Source of the DNA: an uncultured virus (IMG/VR IMGVR_UViG_3300038755_000021) | Lineage: Duplodnaviria > Heunggongvirae > Uroviricota > Caudoviricetes | IMG/VR virus record: IMGVR_UViG_3300038755_000021 | Span: 52,080 to 72,079 of that record | Reading direction: 5' to 3' (one strand) | Length of the DNA: 20,000 nucleotides | Shown: piece by piece, positions 1 to 10,700 of the stretch | Layout: every line of letters starts with the position of its first letter | Position numbering within the stretch: the first letter of the stretch is position 1 | Made by a program: the position numbers and the translations under genes | The notes under the pieces: generated by a model | What the model was told of the DNA's origin: nothing | Seen by the model: only the letters and a program-made list of their open reading frames with translations | Databases searched by the model: none

Positions 1-2
1 TG

Positions 3-1208
3 GAAGAATGGAGTAATAGATTAGGAAGATTTGCAAATGGTGATCCTACTGTTTCACAGACATCAATAACTCCTGCAGGTATGGGTATTGAAAAAATGAT
101 ATCTCCAGAAGGTTTGAAAGAACATGTTGAAAAGAAAAAACAAATAGATCAATCAAAACTTGACTATGAAAAAGTAAAAATGAATGAGTTAAGTGAAGAA
201 ATAAAAACTAAAGAGCAATTAAGAGAAGGTTTATATAATGCAGCCAAAGAGAGATTAAAAATACAAATTCCAAATGATCAATTAACTCCTAAACAAGATC
301 AAGATATTAGAGCAGAAATTGTAAGGCAAGATGTAGAATTAAAAATTGCTAAAACTAATAACGAAATAGAAAGTGCTAAATTAGATGCCGCAAAAACTGC
401 ACAACTAAGTTTTGAGAATGTTGGTTTAAAACTTAAAAATATTAGTCAGTGGTCAACTGCTGCTTCAGCAATTAATATGGCATTACCAGCAGGTATAAAA
501 GTATTAGAACAAGATCTTAGTGATTTAGATGCAGTAATAAAATCTTTAAAGCCAGAGCAACTAGAAGATTTTTTCAGATCTATTAAAAATAATAAAGAGT
601 TTAATAATTTATTCTCTACTTCTAAAGATGAGTTTACTGCAGATTATAGAAGTTACTTAGATTATGTTAAGAAACCAGGTAATGAAAATATTACTTATCC
701 AGAGTTTAAAAGTACTAATAGTTCTGTAACTAATTATGGTTATAGAAATGTTAATGGAGGTACTAATAATGTTGCAACAACAAAAGATGGTACTGAAGTA
801 AATGCTGCTAGAATTGGTGGTACATGGGTACAAAATGATTCTGAATTTAAAAAGAAATATAAAGACTCAGCTAGTTTTGTTGTAACACAAAACCCAGCAA
901 CAGGTATAGATACTCCTTATATGATGTTTTCTCATACTGATAGTGAGGATAGTAAGAAGTTATTACATGATATGACTAATTGGGCTTATGTAGATGAAGG
1001 TCTACTTTGGCTTGATTTAGATGTATCTGATTTTGATACTACAAAAGTTCCAGGTTCTTTCCATAAAGATGGTATATTATATGTACCAATTCCAGATACT
1101 CAAGGTGGAGTATCAACAAACAAAACAAACAACAAAGCAAGTTCAAAATCTGGAGCTCCAAATGTTGTTCCCAAACAAAGAAATTATGTTCCAGACTATG
1201 TAAAATAG
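3..1208 (+). CDS. 5'-truncated hypothetical protein, probable virion cargo/ejection protein
   Basis: The frame of ORF 81..1208 is open back to base 3 (EEWSNRLGRFANGDPTVSQTSITPAG-M), so the real start lies outside the window. Coiled-coil-like N-terminal half, low-complexity C-terminal tail, 6 nt upstream of the next giant gene. Function inferred from position only. Confidence 0.75.
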   Translation, partial: EEWSNRLGRFANGDPTVSQTSITPAGMGIEKMISPEGLKEHVEKKKQIDQSKLDYEKVKMNELSEEIKTKEQLREGLYNAAKERLKIQIPNDQLTPKQDQDIRAEIVRQDVELKIAKTNNEIESAKLDAAKTAQLSFENVGLKLKNISQWSTAASAINMALPAGIKVLEQDLSDLDAVIKSLKPEQLEDFFRSIKNNKEFNNLFSTSKDEFTADYRSYLDYVKKPGNENITYPEFKSTNSSVTNYGYRNVNGGTNNVATTKDGTEVNAARIGGTWVQNDSEFKKKYKDSASFVVTQNPATGIDTPYMMFSHTDSEDSKKLLHDMTNWAYVDEGLLWLDLDVSDFDTTKVPGSFHKDGILYVPIPDTQGGVSTNKTNNKASSKSGAPNVVPKQRNYVPDYVK

Positions 1209-1214
1209 AATTTA

Positions 1215-4200
1215 ATGAATGAAGAAATGGTAAAAGCCTTGTATGAAAAACTTGGCTTAAATGGAACTGTAGATTATGATAAATTTAGAACTGACATAGA
1301 GGGTAACCCAGCTATGCAAAAAGCTGTTTATGATAAATTAGGGTTACAAAATAAAAATGTTGATTATTCACAATTTGAAAAAGATTTAGGTGCCAATATT
1401 AGAACACCTTTACATGACTATGTTGCTGCATTAGAAAGTGATAATAATTATCAAGCATATAATCCAGATGGAGGAGGACAAGGTGCAGTAGGTGCTTATC
1501 AAGTAAGATATCAGAGTCATAACAAAAATGGTGATGTATCTAGAATAACTGGTACAAAAAATAGAGATGAATTTTATTCTGATTCTTATGCTCAGGATAA
1601 ATATATGTCTCATTTAATTGATCAATATCAACAACATCTTCCAGAACTTCAAAAGATAAATGAAGAAAGAGGATTAGGATTAAGTGATTGGGAATTGATG
1701 TATACAGAACATCATGAAGGTTATGATGGTGCTAAAAAATATCTATTAACTGGTACTTCAAAATTTGGTTCTGAAGAGACTTTAGATACAATGTATCAGA
1801 AAGGTAGGAAATATTTAGAATCAGGTGGACAAACATTAGCAACAAATAAAGGAAATGCATCTGCTCCAGTATCATCTTTAATATCCTTTGATACAGATGT
1901 AGATCAATCAAAATTTACAGATGAATTAGTTAAAAACCTTTATAAACAAAATGGGGGTAAAGGAGAAGTTGCACAAGCTGGTATACAAAAATATAATGGA
2001 CTTTTTGGTAAATATGACAATACTTATGCAATATCTGTAAGAGATACTTTAGGTGAAGATCATTTAATTAAATATGAAGATGTAGATTCTAGTTCTGATT
2101 TAGAAGGTGCGCAGAATAATTTAATAGAATTAGGTGGGGCCTTTGCAAATGGAATAGCTAAAGCAGGATTTCGTACTGTTGGATTATTAAAAGATCTTCA
2201 GGAATTAATTACTTCTGGAGATACTAGTTTAGATAAAGTATTTGATTATCAAGATAATCCTTTAACTAAAAAATTAACAGAAGCCTATAATACTAATATT
2301 GATCCCAGTCAATATTCTGATCAATATAAAAAATTATTAGAAGATCAGAAAATAGCAGAAGAAGGTGGGGATAGCCTTAATGCATTAGGTAAATCTTTAT
2401 CAAAAGTTTTTCATTCTGAATTCTGGAAAGACAATGGTTTAGAAACTGTTGGTAATTCATTATCCTTTTTTGTTCCAGGTGTTGTTGCAGGTAAAGCTGC
2501 TGGTGCTGCTGTAAAAGGAGCTAAGGCATTAGGTTTAGGAGAAAAGGGTACTAAAGTGTTAGCTCAACTTGGAGTTGGTGCAACTTTAAATGGAGCATTA
2601 GAAGCAGGTGCAGAAGGTGCTGAAACATTTAAAGCAGCATATGAGCACGGTATAAAAAAGGGTATGACAGAAGAAGAAGCTAGAGTAATGGCTTCTGATT
2701 ATGCTGCAGAGGTTGCCGCTACTAATATGCCAATATTAATGGCATCCAATGCTTTAGAGTTATTAGGAATTGGTGGAAAACTATTATCTGCTACGGGTTT
2801 AAAAAGATTTATTTACAATGCAGCAGCGACTGCTGTACCAGAAGGTCTTCAAGAAGGATTACAATTTGGTATTCAAGATAATGCTAAAAGATATGAAACT
2901 GAAAAATATGATCCAAATAAAGTTGGTCTTATAGATAACTTTTCTGGAGCAATGGGTGGAGCATTAAACTCTGCTTATAAAGGTTTAGTAAATGCTAGTT
3001 CAGAATTCTATGATAGCGTAGTAATGGGTGGATTAATGGGAGGAGCATTTGGAGCTCCTGGTGCTGCTAAATCTACATATGATTATTATAAAGTTGAAAA
3101 ACCTTTAGCTAAAGAAGTAAACTCTGTACTAGCTAATAGTTTTTCAGACATATATGAGAGAGATGCTGATGGTAATTTCATAGATGATAATGGAAAGATA
3201 AAAATAAATGGTTCTAAATTACAGTCACATCTTAATGGTTTACAAAATGAAAGATATTTAGCTGAGTTAGAATATCTTGCTGCTAAACAAGATAATGGTG
3301 AGGCAGTAAAGATGATACAAGGAAGTAAGATATCTAAAATTATACATGATTCTCTTGCATCTGGAAAAGATATAGACAATATTAAAAATGCAATAGATCA
3401 AGCATTTACTAAAGATGCTTATAAAGATAATAAACTAAAAGAACATTATTCTTTTGAAGAATATAAAGATTTTAGAAGCAATGCTGTAAAATTTTCAGAA
3501 GATGCATATAATGAAACATACTTTAATCCTCTATTAGCAAAACAAAGTGCAGGGTTTAAAGAAAATGTTTATTANNNNNNNNNNAATCTCTCTCAACAAA
3601 AAATGATTAATAATGAATTATCTAAATATAATTCTAAATTAGAGAGTCTTCCTGAAAAATTATCTCCACTTCAAAAATTAGAAAAAGAAGATCTTACAAC
3701 AAAGATTGAAGCAGTAACTAAATTCAAAGAGAATTTAGAAAGTGCTTATATTGATATTTTCAAAGGTGCTAAAAAAGATAAAAAAACTTCTCAAAAAGAA
3801 ACTAAAGCTGAAGAGCAAAAAATAGAAGTTAATCAAGGTTTACAAGAAGGTAAATCTCCAGAAGAAATTATCATAGATTCTGATAATCCAGAAGGAGCAG
3901 TAGATATATTACAAGAAGAAGCTAAAAAGAATACTTTAAATTCTCTTGATACTCTTAATTCTAAAAAAGAATATCAAGAAAAAGTTAGAACCCATCCTCA
4001 TTTGAGTAAAGAAATATCTGATCATTATAATTCTAGAATAGAAAAACAAAAATCAAATCAAAAAGAGATTAAGTCTGCTCAAGATTTAGTTGGAAGATAT
4101 GGAGAAGAAAATAGTCTATTAAAGGAACATGAAACAGATAATCTATTTTCTAATTTTAAAACTAGATTAGAAAATGAAGAAGGATTACAAGAAGAGATTA

Positions 4201-5522
4201 AGAATTATGAAACATTAAGAGATAATCCTAATCATACTTTTAAACCAAATCCTAAGTTTAAATTCTTAGGTCAACATATATTAGCTGGTGGAAATCTAGA
4301 TTCATATAGCTCTCTTTCAGCATTAGAACATAATATTGCTGATCCATTACTACAAGATAGTATTGATAACAAACCTATAAGTAAGACAAAAGAGGATAAG
4401 AGAAAGAATGCTAAAATATTAAAAGATAAACTAGTATCCTTACATAAAGAAGGTAAAGTCACCAAAGAAGAAGCTATTGGTTATATAGAAGAAGCTTTTG
4501 TTAATAATAAGATTACTAAAGCATCTAAAAATAAATTAATAGAAGATGTAAATACTCTTTTTGTTAAGAAGGATCCTAGAATACAACAGTTAATAGATTT
4601 AGGTTATTCAGAAGATCAAGCATTATTAGCTATTGAAAACGGTATTGCAGATGAAATAATATTAAAGAAGGGAAAATCTGATGTTTTATTTGAAGAAGGT
4701 CCTCCTATCATAACTCCTCTATTTATAGACACAGCTGTAGGTGCACAGGCTAGTAATCAAAATTTAGTACAAGTTGAATCTGTAACTCCAGATGGTAAGA
4801 AATCTTTACATACCATAAGTAAAACCATATTATTTGGTTCTAATGATATAGATGGTATGTGGTCTTCTTCTAAACAAGATATACTTTGTGATCATTTTAA
4901 AGTTCCTTTTGGATCTACTTTTAGAATAGTATCACAACCTTCTGCTTTCTATGAAAGTAATTTAGTTGAAACTAATAAAATTTTATCTACAGCAAAACCT
5001 GGAGATCAATTTTATTATGAAACAGATTATACTATATATAAAGATAAAAGTGATTTTGAAATCAATATAATATTTTATTCTAAAGATGGTAAAATAGTTA
5101 CAAAAGAAACTGAAGGATCTAAGAAACACACTGCTGGAGTTGTTAGAGCAAATAGTAATCCTGCATTAAATATTGATGAAGCAACAGAAATATCTAAACT
5201 AAGAGATAAACTTTTTACTGGAATTTCTACTACAATTCCTATAAAATTAAAATCAGTAATAAGAAAAGCTTCTTTGAATATAGGAAATTTAAGAGGGTTA
5301 ACTAAAGAAGAATCTAATAATGAGTTTGATGTTGTAATAGCAGAGTGGGAAGGTACAGTACCTAGATTTTCATCTAACCAGAGTGTTGGAGATACATATA
5401 GTCCAGCTGGAAAAGGAAGTATAAAAAGTTTTGTTCCAAGAATGATGGGTAAAGTATTCATGTTCCTAAAGTCTTGGGATAAGTCTGGTAATGAAAAAAA
5501 TATANNNNNNNNNNAGAATTAG
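1215..5522 (+). CDS. Giant virion protein, N-terminal part: lysozyme/transglycosylase-like domain + Gly/Ala-rich hydrophobic region + coiled coils (stop at 5520-5522 probably an artefact of the N gap)
   Basis: 1435-aa ORF with AALES-DNNYQAYN...GAVGAYQ motif at aa 71-96 and G/A-rich helices at ~2455-3070. The stop comes 5 nt after the gap at 5505-5514, while another frame is open from 5516. Confidence 0.8.
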   Translation: MNEEMVKALYEKLGLNGTVDYDKFRTDIEGNPAMQKAVYDKLGLQNKNVDYSQFEKDLGANIRTPLHDYVAALESDNNYQAYNPDGGGQGAVGAYQVRYQSHNKNGDVSRITGTKNRDEFYSDSYAQDKYMSHLIDQYQQHLPELQKINEERGLGLSDWELMYTEHHEGYDGAKKYLLTGTSKFGSEETLDTMYQKGRKYLESGGQTLATNKGNASAPVSSLISFDTDVDQSKFTDELVKNLYKQNGGKGEVAQAGIQKYNGLFGKYDNTYAISVRDTLGEDHLIKYEDVDSSSDLEGAQNNLIELGGAFANGIAKAGFRTVGLLKDLQELITSGDTSLDKVFDYQDNPLTKKLTEAYNTNIDPSQYSDQYKKLLEDQKIAEEGGDSLNALGKSLSKVFHSEFWKDNGLETVGNSLSFFVPGVVAGKAAGAAVKGAKALGLGEKGTKVLAQLGVGATLNGALEAGAEGAETFKAAYEHGIKKGMTEEEARVMASDYAAEVAATNMPILMASNALELLGIGGKLLSATGLKRFIYNAAATAVPEGLQEGLQFGIQDNAKRYETEKYDPNKVGLIDNFSGAMGGALNSAYKGLVNASSEFYDSVVMGGLMGGAFGAPGAAKSTYDYYKVEKPLAKEVNSVLANSFSDIYERDADGNFIDDNGKIKINGSKLQSHLNGLQNERYLAELEYLAAKQDNGEAVKMIQGSKISKIIHDSLASGKDIDNIKNAIDQAFTKDAYKDNKLKEHYSFEEYKDFRSNAVKFSEDAYNETYFNPLLAKQSAGFKENVYXXXXNLSQQKMINNELSKYNSKLESLPEKLSPLQKLEKEDLTTKIEAVTKFKENLESAYIDIFKGAKKDKKTSQKETKAEEQKIEVNQGLQEGKSPEEIIIDSDNPEGAVDILQEEAKKNTLNSLDTLNSKKEYQEKVRTHPHLSKEISDHYNSRIEKQKSNQKEIKSAQDLVGRYGEENSLLKEHETDNLFSNFKTRLENEEGLQEEIKNYETLRDNPNHTFKPNPKFKFLGQHILAGGNLDSYSSLSALEHNIADPLLQDSIDNKPISKTKEDKRKNAKILKDKLVSLHKEGKVTKEEAIGYIEEAFVNNKITKASKNKLIEDVNTLFVKKDPRIQQLIDLGYSEDQALLAIENGIADEIILKKGKSDVLFEEGPPIITPLFIDTAVGAQASNQNLVQVESVTPDGKKSLHTISKTILFGSNDIDGMWSSSKQDILCDHFKVPFGSTFRIVSQPSAFYESNLVETNKILSTAKPGDQFYYETDYTIYKDKSDFEINIIFYSKDGKIVTKETEGSKKHTAGVVRANSNPALNIDEATEISKLRDKLFTGISTTIPIKLKSVIRKASLNIGNLRGLTKEESNNEFDVVIAEWEGTVPRFSSNQSVGDTYSPAGKGSIKSFVPRMMGKVFMFLKSWDKSGNEKNIXXXXN
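1227..1388 (+). repeat. Tandem duplicated ~29-aa protein motif
   Basis: MVKALYEKLGLNGTVDYDKFRTDI versus MQKAVYDKLGLQNKNVDYSQFEKDL. Confidence 0.8.
1404..1823 (+). other. Lysozyme-like (lytic transglycosylase/muramidase fold) domain
   Basis: Putative catalytic Glu in ES (E74, nt 1434), then N-Y-x-A-x-N, A-x-G-x-Y-Q, 'EF..DSYAQD..M' and 'HHEG..GAKKYL', the motif order seen in phage lysozyme-like domains. Confidence 0.75.
3575..3584. other. Assembly gap (10 N), reading frame preserved
   Basis: Run of 10 n. Confidence 0.99.
5505..5514. other. Assembly gap (10 N), apparent frameshift
   Basis: Run of 10 n; the upstream frame is open into the gap and a different frame is open immediately after it. 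Confidence 0.99.
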
Positions 5523-7720
5523 AAACTAAAAAAGTTTCCGAAGTTCCTAGATTTAGACAGAATATATTAAATATATTAAAAAATGTAGAAGCTCAAAAAG
5601 ATGAAAAATCTGCTAAAGAAACATCTAAAGAGGCTTGGAAAGATGTTACAAAGATTGTAAGACTTAGAACACCAGATTCTAAATTTGATTCTGTAAATGT
5701 TAGTAAAGGTATAAAGGCTGGTATGACTAATCCAAGAAAAGGTGTTGGTCCAGTATTTACATATTTCTTTGAATCATCTCCGGGTAAACCAAAAGGTTTT
5801 CTTACTAAAAAAGATGGTAAAACATATAAAGGATTAAGTGCAGAAGAATTAGTTGAGTTGATAGAAGATCATAGAATTAATGTGCCACATGATAATGCTA
5901 AAGATTTCATAAACGATAACCCAGATGTATTATTAACAGATCTTGATGTAAATTCAACACAGGATAATCAGTTAGTATTTGATAATGATATAGAAAGTTT
6001 ATCAAATACACAAATAGATTCTGGTACCAGAGTTAATTCTAGAGCGAAACCTGTTAAGTTCAAAGTAACAGAGAGTTCTGAAAAAGAACAAAAAACTAAA
6101 GACTTATCTTATATTAAAGATAGATTTGCTAATCTTGGTATTGTAGTTTCAAATAAAGAATTAAATAAGTTAGCTGAAATATTTGGAGCTAATACTGGTA
6201 CAGTATGGGGAGCATTTCATGATGCAGTATTATTTTTAAATGAAAATGCTGGAATTAAGTTTCAGAAACATGAAGCGTTTCACGTTTTGTTTAATGTTTA
6301 TCTAACTCCTGAACAACAAAAAGTAGTATTAACAGAAGCTTATGATAAATTTGGAAAAGAATTAGGTATTAATAAAGAGGAATTTGAACAATGGTTAAAT
6401 AAACCTACAACTAACACTGCTAAATTTAAACAAGGAAATTTAAATGAAGTTGATTATATATTAAAAGCTGTAGATATTTTACAATCAGATAATGCTAAAC
6501 AAATATTTGAAAAAGGTAAAAAGAATAATTGGACTTTAGATAAAATATTAACAGAACTTAAAATACCTAAAGAACAAAAAGAATTATTATTAAATTTAAA
6601 TATTACAGATAGAGAACAGTTAGCTTTAGAATTAGCTAGTAATTATAGTTATACTGTTGAGATTAATACTGCAACAAAAAAGAAGTCTTCTCAAACTTTT
6701 GGTAAACCATATCAATTATTGGATAGTGAATTTCCTAATACTTGGCGTGTAGATACTGGTACATGGGCTATTGATTTTACAACAGAGGAGGAGGCATTAA
6801 ATTATATTGCTAGAAATAATAAGCAAGAAAATACTCAATATTATTCTAATATAACAGTTAATGAAGATTTTTATAAAAATAATCCTGATTGGGAATATAA
6901 AGAACAAAGAATAACTACACCATTAATTAAACCTTCTATTAAAGGTCATGCTCAATTTGCACAAGATAATGATATAGGTTGGTTTAGAGCTTGGTATAAT
7001 AAAAAAACAGGAGAGGTACATGTACTAGAAGTACAATCTGATTTATTTCAGAAAGGTAGAGATAAAGAATTTTTAGTAGATAATTATAAACATACTCCAG
7101 GAGATAGAAATTTTAATGTTACTTATGAAGGCAAGGAATATAAAGTTGGAACTATGGGGGGTATGCAAAGAGTTGTTATTTATAAAACTCTTGAAGGACA
7201 AGTGCATTATGAAAATCCAAAACAAGATTGGCTAACACAAGAAGAAATACCACAAGGACTAAAAGATATTGTATCTAATAAATTTAATAGTTTAAAACAG
7301 GAAGTATTAACTCAAAATAAATCTAATAAGGAGAATCAATTCCTACAACTTCTAAACAAAGACTCTAATTGGGTTACATTCTTTGTTAAATCTATTATAC
7401 AAGATAGTGCTAAGAAAGGTTATGAGAAAGTATTATTTCCTACTGGTAATACTGCAAGTAAAGTAGAAGGTCATACTACTTTAGAAGAGTTTAAGAAGCA
7501 AAAAGAAGATAGGATTAAGGAGCTTGAAGGTAAATTAGATACTTTAAATACATTAAAACCTAATGAAGATTTATCACCTATTACTTTTAAGCTAGGTAGT
7601 AGTAATGAAACTTTTTATTATAAAAATAAAGGATTTGAACAAGCTTTAAAAACTTATAAAGAACCATTTGAAAAAGAAATAAAACAACTTAAAGAGGAAC
7701 TNNNNNNNNNNAAAGAGTAG
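5516..7720 (+). CDS. Giant virion protein, middle part: zincin metalloprotease N-half (HEAFH) plus inserted 'LEVQSD' module
   Basis: The frame of ORF 5723..7720 is open from 5516 (ELETKKVSEVPRFRQNIL...KAG-M). WGAF at ~6206, HEAFH at 6269-6283. The stop at 7718-7720 lies just after the third gap. Confidence 0.8.
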   Translation, partial: ELETKKVSEVPRFRQNILNILKNVEAQKDEKSAKETSKEAWKDVTKIVRLRTPDSKFDSVNVSKGIKAGMTNPRKGVGPVFTYFFESSPGKPKGFLTKKDGKTYKGLSAEELVELIEDHRINVPHDNAKDFINDNPDVLLTDLDVNSTQDNQLVFDNDIESLSNTQIDSGTRVNSRAKPVKFKVTESSEKEQKTKDLSYIKDRFANLGIVVSNKELNKLAEIFGANTGTVWGAFHDAVLFLNENAGIKFQKHEAFHVLFNVYLTPEQQKVVLTEAYDKFGKELGINKEEFEQWLNKPTTNTAKFKQGNLNEVDYILKAVDILQSDNAKQIFEKGKKNNWTLDKILTELKIPKEQKELLLNLNITDREQLALELASNYSYTVEINTATKKKSSQTFGKPYQLLDSEFPNTWRVDTGTWAIDFTTEEEALNYIARNNKQENTQYYSNITVNEDFYKNNPDWEYKEQRITTPLIKPSIKGHAQFAQDNDIGWFRAWYNKKTGEVHVLEVQSDLFQKGRDKEFLVDNYKHTPGDRNFNVTYEGKEYKVGTMGGMQRVVIYKTLEGQVHYENPKQDWLTQEEIPQGLKDIVSNKFNSLKQEVLTQNKSNKENQFLQLLNKDSNWVTFFVKSIIQDSAKKGYEKVLFPTGNTASKVEGHTTLEEFKKQKEDRIKELEGKLDTLNTLKPNEDLSPITFKLGSSNETFYYKNKGFEQALKTYKEPFEKEIKQLKEEXXXXKE
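7702..7711. other. Assembly gap (10 N), apparent frameshift
   Basis: Run of 10 n; ...KQLKEE(L) before the gap and RVETEGFGALKPIY... after it in the RNAP frame. Confidence 0.99.
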
Positions 7721-10700
7721 AAACAGAAGGATTTGGTGCTTTAAAACCTATTTATAATTTCTATGAAAATACTGTAACAAACATTCTTAATAAAACATAT
7801 GGTAAAGATAATGTAAAACTTATTACTGATGAATATGGTAATACTTGGAATGAAATAACAATCAATGAAAAATCTTTAGATACAATACGATTATCAACAA
7901 AACAAAACAGTTTCTATCAAAAACAAAATCCACTAGTAAGATTAGAAGAAAAACTAGCAGAAATGTTTGAAGACTTTTCTGTTGAAAATGTTGGTATTGT
8001 ATCTTCTGAATTTAAAAAAGCATACCCAGAGATATCTAAATTCTTTGATGAAATCTATAAATTTATATATGATGTATACAGAAGATTAAAACCTTATTTC
8101 ACAGATAAACTATCAATACAAGATATATTTTATCAACTAGAAAAGAATACATTTAATAAGAAGATATTTAATGAAAGATTAACTTCTTATCAAAAATTAT
8201 CTCAATATACTCCTAAATTTAAAATAGATACATTAAACCCAATAGAGGTTAAAAGATATTCCAGGTTTATTGCTACAGATACTCTAGAACAAGCTTTATG
8301 GAAATATGAAGCTACTAATGTAAATGGAGAGATTAAATCTAAATATGGCTTCTTAAATGATTTAACAAAGGTTAAAAGAAATGAATTCTTACAAGATTTT
8401 ATTGATAAACTTGATACATTAGTTGCTAATCATTTTAAAGAATTAGGTAATCCTGAAGTTGGTGCAAAGATCAGTGAAACATTAAAGTCTAATAAAGTAG
8501 AATTTTTAAAGTATATCTTACAAGATATAAATACTCTATATGATACTCATTATTATATGGAGGAAACAGAAGAAGATGGGGAAAAGATTAATCTAATTAG
8601 AGAGACAAATGTAAATCCAACGCAAAACATAAAGGGTAAACTAAAGGAGTATTTACATAGAATTCCTATCAGAACAAAAGTTAATGGACAATACCAAGAG
8701 GTTATAGATGAAGATTTTGGTATTGAGAAAAGACATGACTTTGAACAAGTATATAATAGATTATTACAGGGATTATCTGATAATCCTACTCCAGAAATGT
8801 TCTGGGAGAAACTTCAAGATTTAGCTACTAAATTTGATTGGGCTGATCATGTAAATGAACATATTAAAGCTACATTTATAGATAGCCCAATAGAGTCTGA
8901 GTTGTTTAGAGTCTTATATGCTAAGACTGGGGGTATGAGAAATATTAACTTTATTTCTGAAACAAGAAAGAAAGGTAGCTCTAAATTTTTTGAAGCAGGT
9001 AAAAGAAATGTTGCTAATGAATTAATAGGACTATTATCTGAGAAATTTGATAATGGAGAAGCAGATGTAGCAGAGTTAAAAAAGCTAAAAGATACAGTAA
9101 AAGATGGTAAACTTTCTGAAAAAGATATATATCCATTATTAACTAATTTTGGATTTGATATAACTGAAGATGAAGCTAGTTATCTATTTTCAGAGGATAA
9201 ACATAATATACAAACATTCTTTAATTTTCTAGTTAAAAATATTGATGATAAAAATTTTCATCCTTTTAGATCAAGAGACAATGAGTTAAATAAGATATCA
9301 AGAAAGATGGCAAATTTAGTTGCTAAATTACCTTCTAAACATACAATGACAGTATTAACTGTTAAAAATGAAAATGAATATATACATCAAGCAAATAACT
9401 TTGTTTCTAAATTCTTTGCTAAACTAAAAGTTAATTCTCAAGAGTTATATAATAGAGCACAAGGTTCTTTAATTCATGAAGGTATTTCACTTTATAATAG
9501 TCTTACTGGACAACAGTTTAGAGATAAGTTTAATATTCAATATGATTTAGGGTTTAAAGAAGCTGGAAGAGGTGATGGAGTAGAATATAAAGAGTATTTA
9601 TTTTCAGATTTATTAACACACGATTTTAATGCATATCTTACTCAGGTAGCAGAAGATAAAAGGATTAGAGTACCATTGCCTACATTTTCTGATGCAACAA
9701 GTAGAGCTTATTTAGTTGCTCCTTCAAAATCAGATGTAGAAAGATTAACTGTTCCATTAGTTAAAGCAGAAATGGAAAGGATTAAATATTGTAGAAAAAA
9801 TAAAACTGGTTATAGAAACTTTGATATTAATGGTACACACTTTGTTATATTTCCTTTTTTAGAGAAATATAGTAAAACATTATTTAATACTAATCCTGAT
9901 TTATTAGATGATTACATTGAAGGTTTATTAAAAGATCATATATCAGATAGAATAAAATTATATACTGATACTTTAGTAAAAGAAGGAGTATTAGAATATG
10001 TAGAAGATAAAGATAAACATTTAGTATTAACTCCAACTGATAATGTTGCTAAGAACCTTATTAGTGGAAAGAGTTTAAAACTTGTTATTGAGAAGTATTA
10101 CAAAAATCGTTGGTTTTATAATAATCAATTAATACCTATGTTAGCAGGTGATCCTGCATTTTATGGTAATTATAAATCATCTAAAAGTAAATATGATTAT
10201 AAGAAAATATCAGATTCATTATTAAAGAGGATGAAGGAATTACACTCTCCTAAAGAGGATGCAATCATTGTTGATGATAATAATAATCCTAAAACTATAA
10301 GACAATTAGTAATTGCTGATATATTTAAAGACTCCTCAGAAGAAGAGATAGCTGAATTTAAACAGATATTTCCAGGTTTAAAATGGGAAGGACATAACTT
10401 AACAGATGGTCAAGGTATTACTACTTTAGATTTTAATAGACAAGTAAGAAGTGCTTATGGTGAATTAAATAAAGAAGACTTAGCAGAATATGAAAAGATA
10501 AAAGCTGGTAAGCATGGAAAAACAACTCCTGGATTTACAAAACCTTATTATTATAATCTAGAAACTAGAGATAATCTTTTATATCCTTTACAAGAAAAAA
10601 GCTCTGAATTTCCTTTAATTCCTGCTGAAGCATTCCTTACTAAGAATGGTAAAGTTGAATTCCCAGGAAGTCCAACTGACTTTAATAAATATGCTAGACC

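Noticed and set aside
1021..1203. 60-aa alternative-frame ORF
   Set aside because: Lies entirely inside a longer, well-formed CDS and has atypical composition.
1206..1217. TAG stop in frame with the next gene (TAG AAT TTA ATG), suggesting amber recoding or readthrough as in some crAss phages
   Set aside because: Thousands of codons in the long ORFs contain no in-frame TAG or TGA, so the standard code fits. In-frame adjacency occurs one time in three by chance. Occasional readthrough cannot be excluded but has no support.
5505..7720. Pseudogenisation or programmed frameshifts at 5522 and 7720
   Set aside because: Both frame changes coincide with fixed-length 10-N placeholders, so they are best explained as assembly artefacts.
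6420..7895. Intein or self-splicing intron as the explanation for the zincin insertion
   Set aside because: No C/S...HN splice-junction motifs, no LAGLIDADG or HNH signature, and no non-coding intron-like segment seen.
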